A stretch of 64,000 bases of DNA from Octopus vulgaris (GCA_951406725.2 OX597842.1:17298001-17362000); one strand, 5' to 3'; positions 46,550-60,447 are shown, numbered from the stretch's first letter. The notes: generated by a model not told the origin, from the sequence alone. Translations and numbers: made by a program.

Positions 46550-47732
46550 CTGAAAAATATATTTTATATATTTTGTAAATTATATTAATTATTTTTATAT
46601 TTTGGTTTATGTTTTTCACTGTTTGATTTGCCTAATAGTGGTTTTATCTCTAATATAATTTAATATATATATGTATATATATACACATATATATTCTCTC
46701 TTTTACTCGTTTACTTGTTTCGTTCATTTGACTCCCTTTAGTCGAGCAAATCGATCCCGGGATCTATTCTCTGTAAGCCCAGAACTTATTCTATCGATCT
46801 CTTTTGCCGAACCGCAAAGTTGCGGGGACATACACACACACGCATCGGTTGTCAAAAAATACTAGGGGGGCAAACACAGACACACGCACACACATACATA
46901 TACATATATAGACATATATACGCCAGGCTTCTTTCAGTTTCCGTCTACCAAATCCACTCAGAAGGCATTGGTCGGCTCGGGGTTATAGCAGAAGACACTT
47001 GCCCAGGTGCAACGTAGTGGGCCTGAACCCAGAACCATGTGGTTGGTTAGCAAGCTAATTACCACAGAGCCACTCCTGCGCCTATATATATACATTTATA
47101 CATATACATACATATATACATATGTATATATATAGAGAGAGAGAGGGTGAGAGACATACAGACATACAGACAAAAATATACACACACAACAGACAACACA
47201 CACATATATATAGGCGTAGGAGTGGCTGTGTGGTAAGTAGCTTGTTTACCAACCACATATATGCGTTTGTGTGTTTGTGTGTCTGTGTTTGTCCCCCTAG
47301 CATTGCTTGACAACCGATGCTGGTGTGTTTACGTCTCCGTCACTTAGCAGTTTGGCAAAGAGACCGATAGAATAAGTACTGGGCTTACAAAAGTATAAGT
47401 CCCGGTGTCGAGTTGCTCGATTAAAGGCGGTGCTCCAGCATGGCCGCAGTCATACGACTGAAACAAGTAAAAGAGTAAAAGAGTATATACAACCATCTGG
47501 AATATGTGTATGTGGTTTTATTTCAAATATATTATCGCAAATATTAGAGGTGTGGGTTCGAGTCCCATGCGTACGGAAAAAAACTTACTTTTTTCCGTCG
47601 TGGTCTTATATGCCCCAGAATTAGACAATTTTCTTTAATCGATACACGGTGATCGTCCATAAGCTTTTTAAGCTTATAAATATATTCATTATTATTTGCA
47701 GAATTGTCACTCGTCGCCGCTTTTCTATTTAA

Positions 47733-47774
<42 letters not shown>

Positions 47775-48180
47775 TTAGATAAAACTTAGATATGTTTCGA
47801 CCAAAGATTGGTTCAGGTCATGTCTAACTTAATAGCATCACCTGATAGGATTATCTAAATCCTGTGTAAGTCAAGTTTTGTTTATGGTCCATTCAAGTAG
47901 TGAGTTTTTGTTGGGTGAGTTGTATCCAATTATGGGTGCCTTATCTGGTATTCCTTGAAGGAATCTTTTCAGACTCCGTTTAAAGTTGATGGGATCCGTT
48001 TACTCTTTGATCTCTTTCGGAACAATGTTAAATAGGGCAGGGCCTGTTGAGGAAAAGAAATTATGTTGCAGTGTACATGTATGCTGTGATCTTGAATTGG
48101 GCAGGGGACGTATGGTCCGTGGTCCCAATCTTGGATGAACCTTGAAGCTAATATATATATATATATACACATATATATGT

Positions 48181-48212
<32 letters not shown>

Positions 48213-48996
48213 GTGTGTGTGTGTAAATATGAATGCAGAGGCTGAATAAAGATGGATTGTTTGTGACTTCGGTCGAAAAAGGCGAACCGTTAACCGTCTC
48301 TATTCTATCTTCTGTTTAGTAATAAAATAATAAACAAGTCTTTACTAATTATTTTTCCTTGATATAAACTGATTTATTACAAAATTTAATTAAAAACCTA
48401 TCTTTGGGATGGTATGGTTCATGAAGTAGTTTTGTTTCAATAATTAAAAGCTAATTAGTTTATCATCCGGAAAAAATAGTCATTTAAGCGTGTAAAATCA
48501 TTATGTGACAATGGCGGTTTAGAAGAAATGATATAAGCTTATGATAAATCAATCAGCATTAATTATCTATTGATTAGTCTTTCGTTTATGCTTCGGAATG
48601 AGCAACAAGAAGTCATTGTGAATACTACCATTTTATTAGCTCAAATGTAATCGATCAGTTTATACCGAAACTCCTCAAAAAACTTTCTCGGACATTTCTT
48701 GTTTGGACTTGTTATTTTTTGAAGTCCATCAGTTTTCTTCTTTCATTTATTCCCCGTTTGTTTATTAAATAATCTTTACTTTTGCTTTTATCAATGATCC
48801 GTGTTATGTGTTCTATTATTGATCGCTGGACGATAGGTGCTCTTTTATCGTGTGTACATGTAGATATATATTTATTTGGACTTTTTGGTATATGTTTAGT
48901 AGTTTGCCGATTAAAGCACTTTCACCGTTTAGGCTGTCTGATGTCATCACAGATCTACATCAGGAATTCTGTAGTGTTCTTTGAATTTATTACGGA

Positions 48997-49421
48997 GGAT
49001 CATTTCGGTTTGAACGGCAGTTTTTCTAGCGGTGTCATATGAAATTGTCACCCATAATTATGACCCTAGTATCGATCTATTGCATTTCAATCTGTTTTAG
49101 GGTTAGGGTTAGTTAGGGTTAGGGGTGAGGGAAAGGTATCTCTGTTTCTTCACAAATGTAAATAAACCCAATCTGTTTCTTAAACGAGGGAAATATTCAT
49201 ACGGCTCACACTACTTTTTAACTCAATAGACGTCACTGATTGGATGAAATTGCAGAAATTGAAGAAAAAAACAACAAATATCTTACAAACAATAGAATTT
49301 TCTCAATAAAGCCAAGAGAAAAAGATGTTTTATAAACACATTCTACCAGTATACGAAGTTTAAATGTGCTTAGTTACGTGGAAATTATTTTAAAAAACTG
49401 CCGTTCAAACAGAAAAGATTC
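48997..49421 (+). mobile_element. TTAGGG-containing MITE in gene B intron 1
   Basis: Same TIRs as 14090-14516; lies 20 nt from the exon 1 donor. Confidence 0.85.
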
Positions 49422-49441
49422 AATATCATTAATTCACTTAC

Positions 49442-49454
49442 CTTTAAGAATCAT
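49442..49454 (-). CDS. Gene B coding exon 1 (MILKG)
   Basis: ATG ATT CTT AAA G|GTAAGTGAATTAATGATATT, in frame with exon 2; TATA-like CATAAAAATA at ~49912-49903. Confidence 0.65.
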
Positions 49455-50403
49455 GATTGGTGCTGATTTTCCAAGAAAATTTAAATTTTAGTTGAGATTT
49501 AAATAATTTTTTTTGCTTTTTCGTTTTTCCAGTTTTCGATAAACGTGGTCAAATTGTATTTTCTTAAATCCTGGATCTGACAGTTGAATAATAAAATTCG
49601 GAAATTTTCACAGATTTTGTGAAACTAGTTGATTTCTTTTTATACCGGCTTCGAAAATGATGTGTTGTTAAAAGAATGTCCTCAAACTTATTGAAGTTTG
49701 AATTCGCTTTTCTTTCAACTCTTGAAATTGTCGCCAAGTTATTTAAATTTATCTGAAACAAATTCTTCAATTTGATGTCTGGCTTCTTTGTCACTTTTGT
49801 TTGCACTGCTTTTATATCAAAGATTCCAGTCTAGTCATCAGCTTTGCTACTTCCTCATCTCTCAAACAACATTCACAAATAAACCAATCAAATCTAGCCA
49901 CATATTTTTATGCATGTGGTTAACAAAAGTACTTTCAGATATTATAATATATCGATAGATTTCTATTTGATTGATTTTCTTTTAAACTTCATAGATGCTT
50001 TTTTGTTTTACTCAGTGCTGTCGGAAGAGGTGTGGTACAGCCACATACAGTAAGACGTCAAGTTATTGATAAAATGAAGGCGTAACATTTTCTGCATTCT
50101 GGGATGAAGTCACTGCTGCTAATAATCTCCAGTATTCGGACATTGTTAAAATAAAAATAATAAATGCGCCCTTTTAAAGCCTAACCAGGATCATGGGCCC
50201 GGTTTCCCGGTTTCAATGGCGTATGTGTTCCCCAGCTGGACGGGGTGCCAGTCCTTCGCAGCGTTACACATTTTTGCCAGCTGAGTGGAAATGAAGTAGT
50301 TTGCTCAAGAACACAACGCGTCACCCGGTCTAAGAATCGAAACCACAATCTTACGATCATGATGCTGATACCCTAACCACTAAGCCACGCGCCTCCACAC
50401 ACA

Positions 50404-50603
50404 CAAATATTTTTACTTTCGACACATGTTTCGAAAATTCCACTGATACTACTCAAAAGAATAAATGGTATAAAACAATGCAATCTTCTCTTTAGGAAAG
50501 TGAAAAAACGAAACTCAGAGAAGATTGCTTTGTATATACAATTTATTCTTTTGAATAGTATCAGTGGAATTTTCGAAACATGTGTCGAAAGTAAAAATAT
50601 TTG
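50404..50603. repeat. 200-bp palindrome (~87-bp arms, 25-nt spacer), MITE-like
   Basis: 50404-50491 is the reverse complement of 50517-50603 with few mismatches. Confidence 0.85.
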
Positions 50604-50786
50604 ATTTACACCTGCGTTAAACTCCATTTATTTATTTTTATATTATACAAAAAATTCCACGTAAACACGAAGTTTCTACCTTTATAAACAAGGAGTTACA
50701 ACCTCTTTACTTGTGAGATTTTTTGCTTCCCTGGTAACTATTTATTTATTTTTTCCGTTTTAATTGTTAACAAGGTAAAAATACAC

Positions 50787-50843
<57 letters not shown>

Positions 50844-51409
50844 ATATATATATATATATATATATACATGCATATATACAAAGGATATAAGACCACCTTT
50901 CGTCCGACGATCAATAATAAAACACTTAAGACGGATCATCGACAAATTCACAAGTAAAGGTTATTTAATAAGCAAACTAAAGATAAAACTCGTGGATTCA
51001 AAAGAAATAACAAGTCCAAACAAGAAATGTCCGAGAAAGTTTTTTGAGACGTTTCGCTATAAACTGATCGATTAATTTTGAGCTAATAAAATGGTAGTAT
51101 TCACAATGACTTCTGGTTGCTCATTCCGAAGCATAAACGAAAGACTAATCAATAGATAATTAATGCTGATTGATTTATCATAAGCTTATATCATTTCTTC
51201 TAAACCGCCATTGTCACATAATGATTTTACACGCTTAAATGACTAATTTTTCCGGATGATCAGCTAATTAGCTTTTAATTATTGAAACAAAACTACTTCA
51301 TGAACCATACCATCCCAAAGATAGGTTTTTAATTAAATTTTGTAATAAAACAGTTTATATCAAGGAAAAATAATTAGTAAAGACTTGTTTATTATTTTAT
51401 TACTACACA

Positions 51410-51645
51410 GAAGAGAATTAATGCATTCGAGCTTTGGTGTTGGAGAAGACTTTTACGGATTCCATGGACAGCGAGGTTCACCAATGGAGAAGTTCTTTAG
51501 CAGATCAGGCCGAAACTCTCGCTAGAAGCTAGGATCACCAAGCATAGATTGGCATATTTTGGTCATATTGTGCGGAGAAAATACCTGGAGAAGGACATGC
51601 TCGGAATGGTCAGTGGCAAGAGAAGAAGAGGTCGACCAAGAACCA
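51410..51645 (+). mobile_element. RTE (BovB-like) LINE fragment
   Basis: RINAFELWCWRRLLRIPWTARFTNGEVL..YFGHIVRR. Confidence 0.8.
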
Positions 51646-51825
51646 CTACGTCATATGCCCGTGAGAAATAACGGAGTGAATTTCAGGGGTTATAAATCTA
51701 ATATTTTTCTATCCTTCCTTAATACTAGTTCCCATATGCTACTCATATCTGCACTCGGTCTGCTAAGGAGGTTGTTGTGCGTGGATTTGGTAGACGGAAA
51801 CTGAAAGAAACCCGTTGTAAATATG

Positions 51826-51899
<74 letters not shown>

Positions 51900-52039
51900 A
51901 CTCTCCAACATCGCTTGACAACCGATGCTGGTGTGTTTACGTCCCCCTAACTTAGCGGTTCGGCAAAAGAGACCGATAGAATAAGTACTAGGCTTACAGA
52001 GAATAAGTCCTGGGGTCGATTTGCTCCTCGCCTAAAGGC

Positions 52040-52830
52040 GTATTTTCCAGTGGTGTTCTCTGTCTATTATTTTAACTTCATCCCACAGGGGGAGGTGGTC
52101 TCCATTTTTCCATACATGATCAACTATACGCCATTTATAAATATCTCTTCGTGTCACAGCTTTGCGATGTTCGTCTACCCTTATTTTGAGGGGACGGTAT
52201 GTTTCAGCTGGCAGAAAAGGGGGCGAGCTGGCAGAATCGTTAGCACGCCGGGCGAAATGCTTAGCGGTATTTCGTCTGCCGCTACGTTCTGAGTTCAAAT
52301 TCCGACGAGGTCGACTTTGCCTTTCATCCTTTCGGGGTCAATTAAATAAGTACCACTTACGCACTGCCGTCGATTTAATCGACTTAATCCCTTTGTCTGT
52401 CCTTGTTTAGCCCCATGTGAGTAGTAAAGAAATAGGTATTTCTTCTGCCGCTACGTTCTGAGTTCAAATTCCGCCGAGGTCGACTTTGCCTTTCATCCTT
52501 TCGGGGTCGATAAATTAAGTACAAGTTACGCACTGGGGTCGATATAATCGACTTAATCCCTTTGTCTGTCCTTCTTTGTTCTCTCTGTGTTTAGCCCCTT
52601 GTGGGTAGTAAAGAAATAGGTATGTTTCGACTTTGTATAACCTACCACAGCTGCATGGGATGGAATGCACGCTGTCTTTGGTCATGTTCTCTTCTATTGG
52701 TGATATCTCGAAGGAGATATTTGCGAAGCGTTGTATTACTCCTGAATACTGTCCTGGTGTCATATGGGCCGCATATGGTTTGTATATTTTCGGAGAGGCC
52801 TTTCACACAGGGTAGACAGACTGTGGACAG
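52040..52830 (-). mobile_element. Penelope GIY-YIG fragment interrupted by a family A SINE multimer (52221-52621)
   Basis: VHSIPCSCGRLYKVET / YRPLKIRVDEHRKAV..HVWKNGDHLPLWDEVKII. Confidence 0.8.
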
Positions 52831-53070
52831 TCTTTCTATGTCTGCCTTAGGGTGGTGCATTCTATGCATTGTCAACAGTTTTCGTATTTTTCTGTAAAGA
52901 TTACATATTTCAGTAATTGACCAGTTAATGATATTGAAACTGTAAGTCACGGCTGCCATGGCTAAAGTATTGATCGCTTCGATCCTGTTTCTTGCATTCA
53001 GGTCTGTCTTGAGTATTGCCCTTACCCTGCGATAACATTCTCTTCTCATCCTTTCCCTCATCATTGAATG
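52830..53070 (-). mobile_element. R4/Dong-like LINE fragment abutting (TAT/TGT)n
   Basis: ECYRRVRAILKTDLNARNRIEAINTLA..RKLLTMHRMHHPKADIERL. Confidence 0.8.
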
Positions 53071-53258
53071 TTTAATTATTATTATTATTATTATTGTTGT
53101 TGTTGTTGTTGTTATTATTATTATTATTATTGTTGTTGTTGTTATTATTATTATCATTATTATTATCATTATCATCATTATTATTATTATTATTGTTGTT
53201 GTTGTTGTTGTTGTTGTTATTGTTGTTATTATTATTATCATTATTATTATCATTATCA

Positions 53259-53323
<65 letters not shown>

Positions 53324-53800
53324 CCTACATTATATCGGTACAGCTCGGTACAACCTTAAGAACTGCTATTACCAGTTGGTATCATTAGGCTTTATCATAG
53401 AATAGGAGTTTTATATGCATATTCAAAAACGTTTTCCGTTAACGAAATTAAACTATATATATATATATATATATATATGTATGAGGATGAAAAGGAACAC
53501 ACGAGTTGATATATATGAAAAAAGAAGTCAACGACCTCGAACCTACAAGTTTAAACAAGAGAGACAGAGAAAGGCAGAGACAAGGAAAATGCCACTTATA
53601 TTTGAACACTATACAAATATTCTTTTAAAAAAATGGTTGGATACTGTCAATCTAACACGAATGTGACAGTAGGGGTCACATCACCGCTGTTTAGCCCTAG
53701 GAAGCATCGACGCCTCCTGATGGCTTTGACACATTTTTCCTATGTCCTTATATACATTTATGAAGGGGAGACAAATACCCCCAGTCGCCTGGGCTGCATC

Positions 53801-53841
53801 TAGGGACACGTGTTTCAGGATGATTGTCCTTCGTCGGCCTA
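53801..53841 (-). ncRNA. Minimal hammerhead ribozyme, CCGACGA core variant
   Basis: TAGG-CCGACGA-AGGAcaatcaTCCT-GAAA-CACGTG-TC-CCTA: perfect stems, GUC site. Confidence 0.75.
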
Positions 53842-53969
53842 ACTTTTCTTTTAATTTTTCTAAATTTAATTATTTAATCGTTACAATTGAAAAAGGTCTC
53901 AAATGACTGGAACCGGTACTAAAAGGTTCTTTATAAAATTATTTTAGCATTTTCTATCTTGACTTGTTT

Positions 53970-54017
<48 letters not shown>

Positions 54018-54019
54018 AC

Positions 54020-54823
54020 TTCAATTCACGATGGAATATAGTCATCAACAACTTCCCTTCCTCGACATCCTCATTAAGAAATCTAACAACGTAATAGAAA
54101 CAGATATATACTATAAGCCTACGGAGTCCAAGCAATATCTACCGTTCAACTCATCCCACCCTAGACACACCAGAATGAATATCCCCTTCAACCTACCAAA
54201 AAGGATATGTACTATAATTTCTAATGCAAACACCAGAGACACACGACTACATGAACTAAAGGATACACTCATCACCAGGCACTACCCACCTTCCCTAATT
54301 GACATATGCTTTCTAACGTGCCCTTCAACTCAACATCCAGGAACTCAGACATCCCAAATTAAAGAAAGATTTACAACCAAAAGCCCTACCATACCTCGCC
54401 ACACATAACCCTCTCAACAATGAAGCCTTCGACACCATCCTCCAAAACACACCCCTGCTAAAAAAGGATCACAGAATGAACTTAATCCTCCAAACACACA
54501 CCCCCATAAAAAGAAAGAGACAGCCCAAATCTATGAAAAGTCTCCTAACACAGAAGCCGTCAGTAAAAAGAAGTGTAAGACCCAACTGTGGGATATGGTT
54601 CAGTTTAATTGAGGGATCAGAGTTTTCCTTCAAACAGGGACAACGTTTCACAGTGAAAAGCGACTTCATATGTGCTTCGGAGAACCTGATATACACACTA
54701 ACCTGCTCTGGGTGTCAAGAGCAATACATAGGCCAAACAAAAAACAGTCTACGTAAAAGAATGGCTCTGCACAGATCCCAGATCAAAACTCTGTACCGAT
54801 CCCAGATCAAAAAGGCCTGGTGA
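54020..54823 (+). mobile_element. Penelope RT C-terminus plus GIY-YIG, frameshifted
   Basis: FTMEYS..LPFLDILI..TDIYYKPTESKQYL..SSHP; NLIYTLTCSGCQEQYIGQT. Confidence 0.85.
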
Positions 54824-55238
54824 TCCCATAAAATCTGTGGAACATATGTCTTCGATAGGTCCCCATGTATAGAGAATAGATCAATAGATAATTTGTGCGC
54901 TGAAAAAACATTAACAAAGCCATGAGTTTTGGCTAGTCTCAAAGTTCCAACTTCTGGCTGATGAGACACAACATGTATAAACTCCGTTGCCTCCGAGCTC
55001 CGCCTGTCAATGATACAAGTGTGTTGAACGTCCTGTTGTCGTAAAAATAAAAAGTTATTCTAATCAGAGAATATGCTACAGCTCCCAGCATATTTTGTAT
55101 CTGAACCCGCCTAGATGTGTTAAGAATAAATTGACACATGCAAGATGCAGTCCTGAAGTTTCCAAACTTTTCAGGGAGGCATTTATTGGCTTTATAGAAT
55201 TACAAAACTCTAATTTCCTCCAAAGTAGGACCCTCTCA

Positions 55239-55660
55239 GGATCTTTTCGCTTTGAACGACAGTTTTTAACATAATTTCCACGTAACTAAACACTTTTAAA
55301 CTTCGTATACTGGTAGGATGTGTTTATAAAACATCTTTTTCTCTTGGCTTTATTGAGAAAATTCTATAGTTTGTAAGATATTTGTTGTTTTTTTTCTTCA
55401 ATTTCTGCAATTTCAACCAATCAATCACATCTATTGAGGTAAATAACATTCTGTGCCGTATGAATATGTCCCTCGTTTAAGAAACAGATTGGGTTTATTT
55501 ACATTTGGTAAGAAAAAAAGATACGCTTCCCCTACCCCTAACCCTAACCCTAACCCTAAAAGAGATTGAAATGCAATAGATCGATACTAGGGTCATAATT
55601 ATGGGTGACAATTTCATATGACACCGCTAGAAAAAACCACCGTTCAAACCGAAAAGATCC
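55239..55660 (-). mobile_element. TTAGGG-containing MITE
   Basis: Same TIRs; (CCCTAA)n inside. Confidence 0.85.
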
Positions 55661-55904
55661 CAAATAAATACTGTAAAGAAGAGATAATTTATAACATTCA
55701 TGCCTACCTCGGACATTATCAATACTTATTTGAAACCAAAACACAAACAAAAACACGCCTACGTTTCACAAAAATATTAACTTGTAATCATTGATCGTAT
55801 TTCTTTGGAGAGCGTTAAGCGTAATTTGTTCAGTGCAAAATAAACAATAAACGAATTGTAGGCTATCATTATATTGCGATGTTAAAACAGAATTCTTTTG
55901 TTTA

Positions 55905-56720
55905 GCAGGCATATAAATACAGGCGTTTTGTTTGTAGTGGTTTATTTGCAAAGATCGATGGAGAGAAGCGGTAATTGATTGAAAAAACTGACAAATCTGT
56001 GGGTGAAACATAATTTACTTGTAATCTTACAAGCAAAGTATTTTGAAAAGTAAGACACCACAATACAAGACACTAAGTTTAGGAACGTGCTTAAGAAAAA
56101 GTGAAATAACCTGACGACAGCTCCTGGAATTCGAGGGAACGAAAGTTCAAGTTGTACATCTATCTTAATAAGAGAGTAAAAAATCTGAAGATATTGTTTT
56201 AAGGACATATCATCTTCTTGAAGCTTGAACTGTGAAATATCCTAAGTTTATTCTTAAATTGTCGGAACGAAGAGAATAGAAAGGAATAAAAGAAATCCTT
56301 TTTATTGAAATTAGAAAACAAAATATTAAAAGGCAGAAGACCCCGAGTTTAAGAACGTGTTTAAGAAAAAGTAAAATAACCTGGCGACAGCTTCTGGAGT
56401 TAGAAGGAAAGAAAGTTTTAAGTTGCACACGTATCTTTATAAAGGTGGAAAAGATCTGGTGAGATTACTTTAAGGGCTTATCATCTTCTCGAAGCCAATA
56501 CAAAAAGAAATCAACTGTGAAATATCCTGAATTTATTCTTAAATTATCAGAACGAAGAGAACAGAAATAAATAAAAGAAATCCTGTTTATTGGAACTAGA
56601 AAAAAGAAACACTAAAAGGCAGACGATTCTGATTCCAGTGGGACCCGTCCGGTTGGTCGATTTTGCAACTAAAAGGGAAGGTTTACTTAACAAACTCTGT
56701 AACAGTCATGAACCTGAAAG
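55905..56720 (+). other. Promoter plus first exon (ATG 56708, MNLKG) of a probable third paralog with no body in the window
   Basis: TATAAATA at 55912; homologous to 22830-23339 and 18100-18501; donor AG|GTAAGT. Confidence 0.65.
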
Positions 56721-56752
56721 GTAAGTGAATTAATGATATTAAGAATGAAAAA

Positions 56753-57355
56753 GGCGGCGAGCTGGCAGAATCGTTAGCACACCGGGCGAAATGCTTAGCG
56801 GTATTTCGTCTGCCGTTACATTCTGAGTTCAAACTTCGCCGAGGTCGACTTTGCCTTTCATCCTTTCGGGGTCGATAAATTAAGTACCAGTTACGCACTG
56901 GAGTCGATATAATCGACTTAATCCCTTTGTCTGTCCTTGTTTGTCCCCTCTGTGTTTAGCCCCTTGTGCGTGTAAAGAAATAGGTATTTCGTCTGCCGCA
57001 ACGTTCTGAGTTCAAATTCCGCCGAGGTCGACTTTGCCTTTCATCCTTTCGGGGTCGATAAATTAATTACCATTTACGCACTGGGGTAGATGTAATCGAC
57101 TTAATCCCTTTGTCTGTCCTTGTTTGTCCTCTCTGTGTTTAGCCCCTTGTGGGTAGTAAAGAAATAGGTATTTCGTCTGCCGCTACGTTCTGAGTTCAAA
57201 TTCCGCCGAGGTCGACTTGGTCTTTCATCCTTTCGGGGTCGATTAAATAAGTACCAGTTACGTACTGGAGTCGATATAATCGACTTAATCCGTTTGTCTG
57301 TCCTTGTTTGTCCCTTCTGTGTTTAGCCCCTTGTCGGTAGTAAAGAAATAGGTAC
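56753..57355 (+). mobile_element. Family A SINE trimer with a single 12-bp TSD
   Basis: TAAGAATGAAAA at 56740-56751 and 57356-57367. Confidence 0.9.
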
Positions 57356-57481
57356 TAAGAATGAAAAGAGAGATAATTACTAAAATTGTGGATTTGGAGA
57401 AATCTTGGATCGACTGATAAAATAACTTTAGTTTTCAGTCGCGTACCTTTACACTTTCATTTCGAAAGCAGAGTTTGCCGT

Positions 57482-57891
57482 GGATCTTTTAGGTTTGAAC
57501 GGCAGTTTTTTAATATAATTTCCACGTAACTAAACACTTTTAAACTTCGTATACTGGTAGAATGTGTTTATAAAATATCTTTTTCCCTTGGCTTTATTGA
57601 GAAAATTCTATAGTTTGTAAGATATTTGTTGTTGTTTTCTTCAATGTCTGCAATTTCAACCAATCAATGACGTCCATTGAGGTAAAAGAAACATTCTGTG
57701 CCGTATGAAAATGTCCCTCGTTTAAGAAACAGATTGGGTTTCTTTACATTTCTGAAGAAAAAAGATACCCTTCCCCTAACCCTAACTCTAAAGCAGATTG
57801 AAATGCAATAGATCGATTCTATGGTCATAATTATGGGTGACAATTTCATATGACACCGCTAGAAAAACTGCCGTTCAAACCGAAAAGATCC
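57482..57891 (-). mobile_element. MITE with 8-bp TSD
   Basis: TTTGCCGT at 57474-57481 and 57892-57899. Confidence 0.9.
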
Positions 57892-58653
57892 TTTGCCGTT
57901 CATTAGTGTCTCTTATGTGTCTTATGTCAATAACAGAAATCGTTATTAGACAGAACAGAGAATGCGAGAATCAGTGAATCTCTCTCTCGAACTAAAATAC
58001 CATCATTTAGTCTTTACTCGACTTTCCCTTACCGTATTTAACGAAATGACTGAAATAAAATGCTCAAATAATATCCAGGAGATGAATCCGATGGATTGTA
58101 TATTTTTTACTTAAGAAAAATCTTGAATTTCTACACATGTAAGAAATTGTTATTTCTTGTAGTTGAGTAATATTTAAGAATCTTGTAGTTAGGATGTCTA
58201 GTTTTTAATAAGGCAGTCTGGGTTCGATTCCAGGCATTGGAAAGGCGCTATTTTTTATGTGCAGGCGTGGCTGTGTGGTAAGAAGTTTGCTTCCTAACCA
58301 TATGGTTCCGGGTTCAGTCTTACTGCGTGGCACTTTGGGGCAAGTGTCTTCAAAAAGCCCGCAGACGACTAAAGCCTCGAGTTGATTTGGCAGACAGAAT
58401 CTGAAACAGGAGACCTGTCGTCTACACAGACAGACATACAGACAGACACACACACACACATACACACACACACACAAGTACACATGCACATATATACGAG
58501 GGGGTGCTGAAAAGCTCCTGGCTTTAAGGGTGTCGCGAAAGGCCTGGCTAGAGGCCCACCCTTTTGAGTTCTTTTACAGGGCTTAGAAAAACTGAAGGAC
58601 TGCCGCACTAAGTTTTTTGAATCTAAGAGGGGAATATATTAAATAAAGCCATA

Positions 58654-58757
<104 letters not shown>

Positions 58758-58775
58758 AGGGAGGATAGATAGATA

Positions 58776-58824
<49 letters not shown>

Positions 58825-59767
58825 GGCGGAGGAACTCTTGAGAGTCAACGTCCATCCAATAAATGTCTTAAGGCTGTATCATGCGCGGGGACATAGAAAT
58901 AATCGGACTGAATACCCGATTGCGCGGTTAAACCATTGGGAGTGAAGGACACTCCTAGCCTTTGTTAGGGTATCCTTCGAGGAGAAGGTAACTCAGGTAA
59001 CTGGGATAACTCCGACATAAAACCTGCGGCTCAGTGGTTACTGATGATGTTGACTTTTTCTTCTTATCGGATTATGGCTGCTGTTGCTTAGTGAGTGGGA
59101 TTGACTCAGTGCACAGCCTTTCCTCACTTCAAACAAAAATCTTCTTGCACAGGCATTGCACGATAACAACATTGATTAAGCTTCGTGCAATGCCCATACT
59201 CGATAACGAGGGGGCAGCCACCATATATATATATATATATTAGAAGGTTTGGAGATGATGTACAGGTATTTTATATTAGAAGAAATGAGGTACTCAGAAA
59301 ATCGGATGGTTTATATTTACAGATATTTATTTGTATATTACATTTTTTATACATCATATAACTTATAACATGTATTAGCGCTTTCTCCCATTCTAGTGGG
59401 GTTTTCAAATGAAACTCGTTATTTAAATCGTTATTAATTTAAATTAACGATCTTATATATATATATAAGATCGTTAATTTAAATTAAATAACGATCTTAT
59501 CAAGTGGCCAGCATGGAAATAAAAACCTTCAAACATAATAATTATTATATTAAAATTGTAATTTAGGGTATCTACGAGATACCGCCATGCTGAAAATAGT
59601 AGCCAGGATCTGACTCTAAAACCACCTTAAGTGATCATATAGCAACACGAAGAGAAGAGAAAAAGACAAAATAAAACTACTGTCCCTGTGCTATATGAAC
59701 ACCTAATGTGGTTTTATAGTCAGATCCTGGCTATTTTCTGCATGGCGGTTCTCGTAGATACCCTAAG

Positions 59768-60086
<319 letters not shown>

Positions 60087-60284
60087 GCTAACAGTCGTCA
60101 ACCAAGAATCACTACTGTTGCTCCCATCGGAACACGAGGTAAAATCTATAATGAACTCCTGCACTACAGTAAGGAACGACTTACACCTTGTAATATATTT
60201 TTTACCTTTTCAAGAACATGGATTCTATTGAATGTATGAAACAATTATGAACTATTCCATTATACTCTTTATTATAAAAAATTC

Positions 60285-60327
60285 TTTTTGATAAGGTTCG
60301 TTATTTCAAGAACCGAAACATGTAAAA
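60285..60327 (+). ncRNA. Hammerhead-like motif with U3-A8 core
   Basis: TTT-TTGATAA-GGTTC..GAACC-GAAA-CATG-TA-AAA; weak stem I. Confidence 0.5.
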
Positions 60328-60371
60328 ATTAAAATTTATCTAATATAGTGGCATTTTCAAACTTCTTTTTT

Positions 60372-60447
<76 letters not shown>

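Larger units (their letters stand above)
36609..49454 (-). other. Gene B span: secreted PAN/Apple-domain protein, inverted paralog of gene A, ~245 aa
   Basis: Exons 49454-49442, 46549-46217, 43770-43679, 40870-40728, 38667-38561 and 36658-36609; same phases as gene A, stop-free; intron flanks are also homologous. Confidence 0.85.
48308..51414. repeat. Long inverted repeat pair (48308-48850 / 50884-51414)
   Basis: The outer ~420 bp are reverse complements with only scattered mismatches; the inner ~120 bp are more diverged. Confidence 0.9.
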
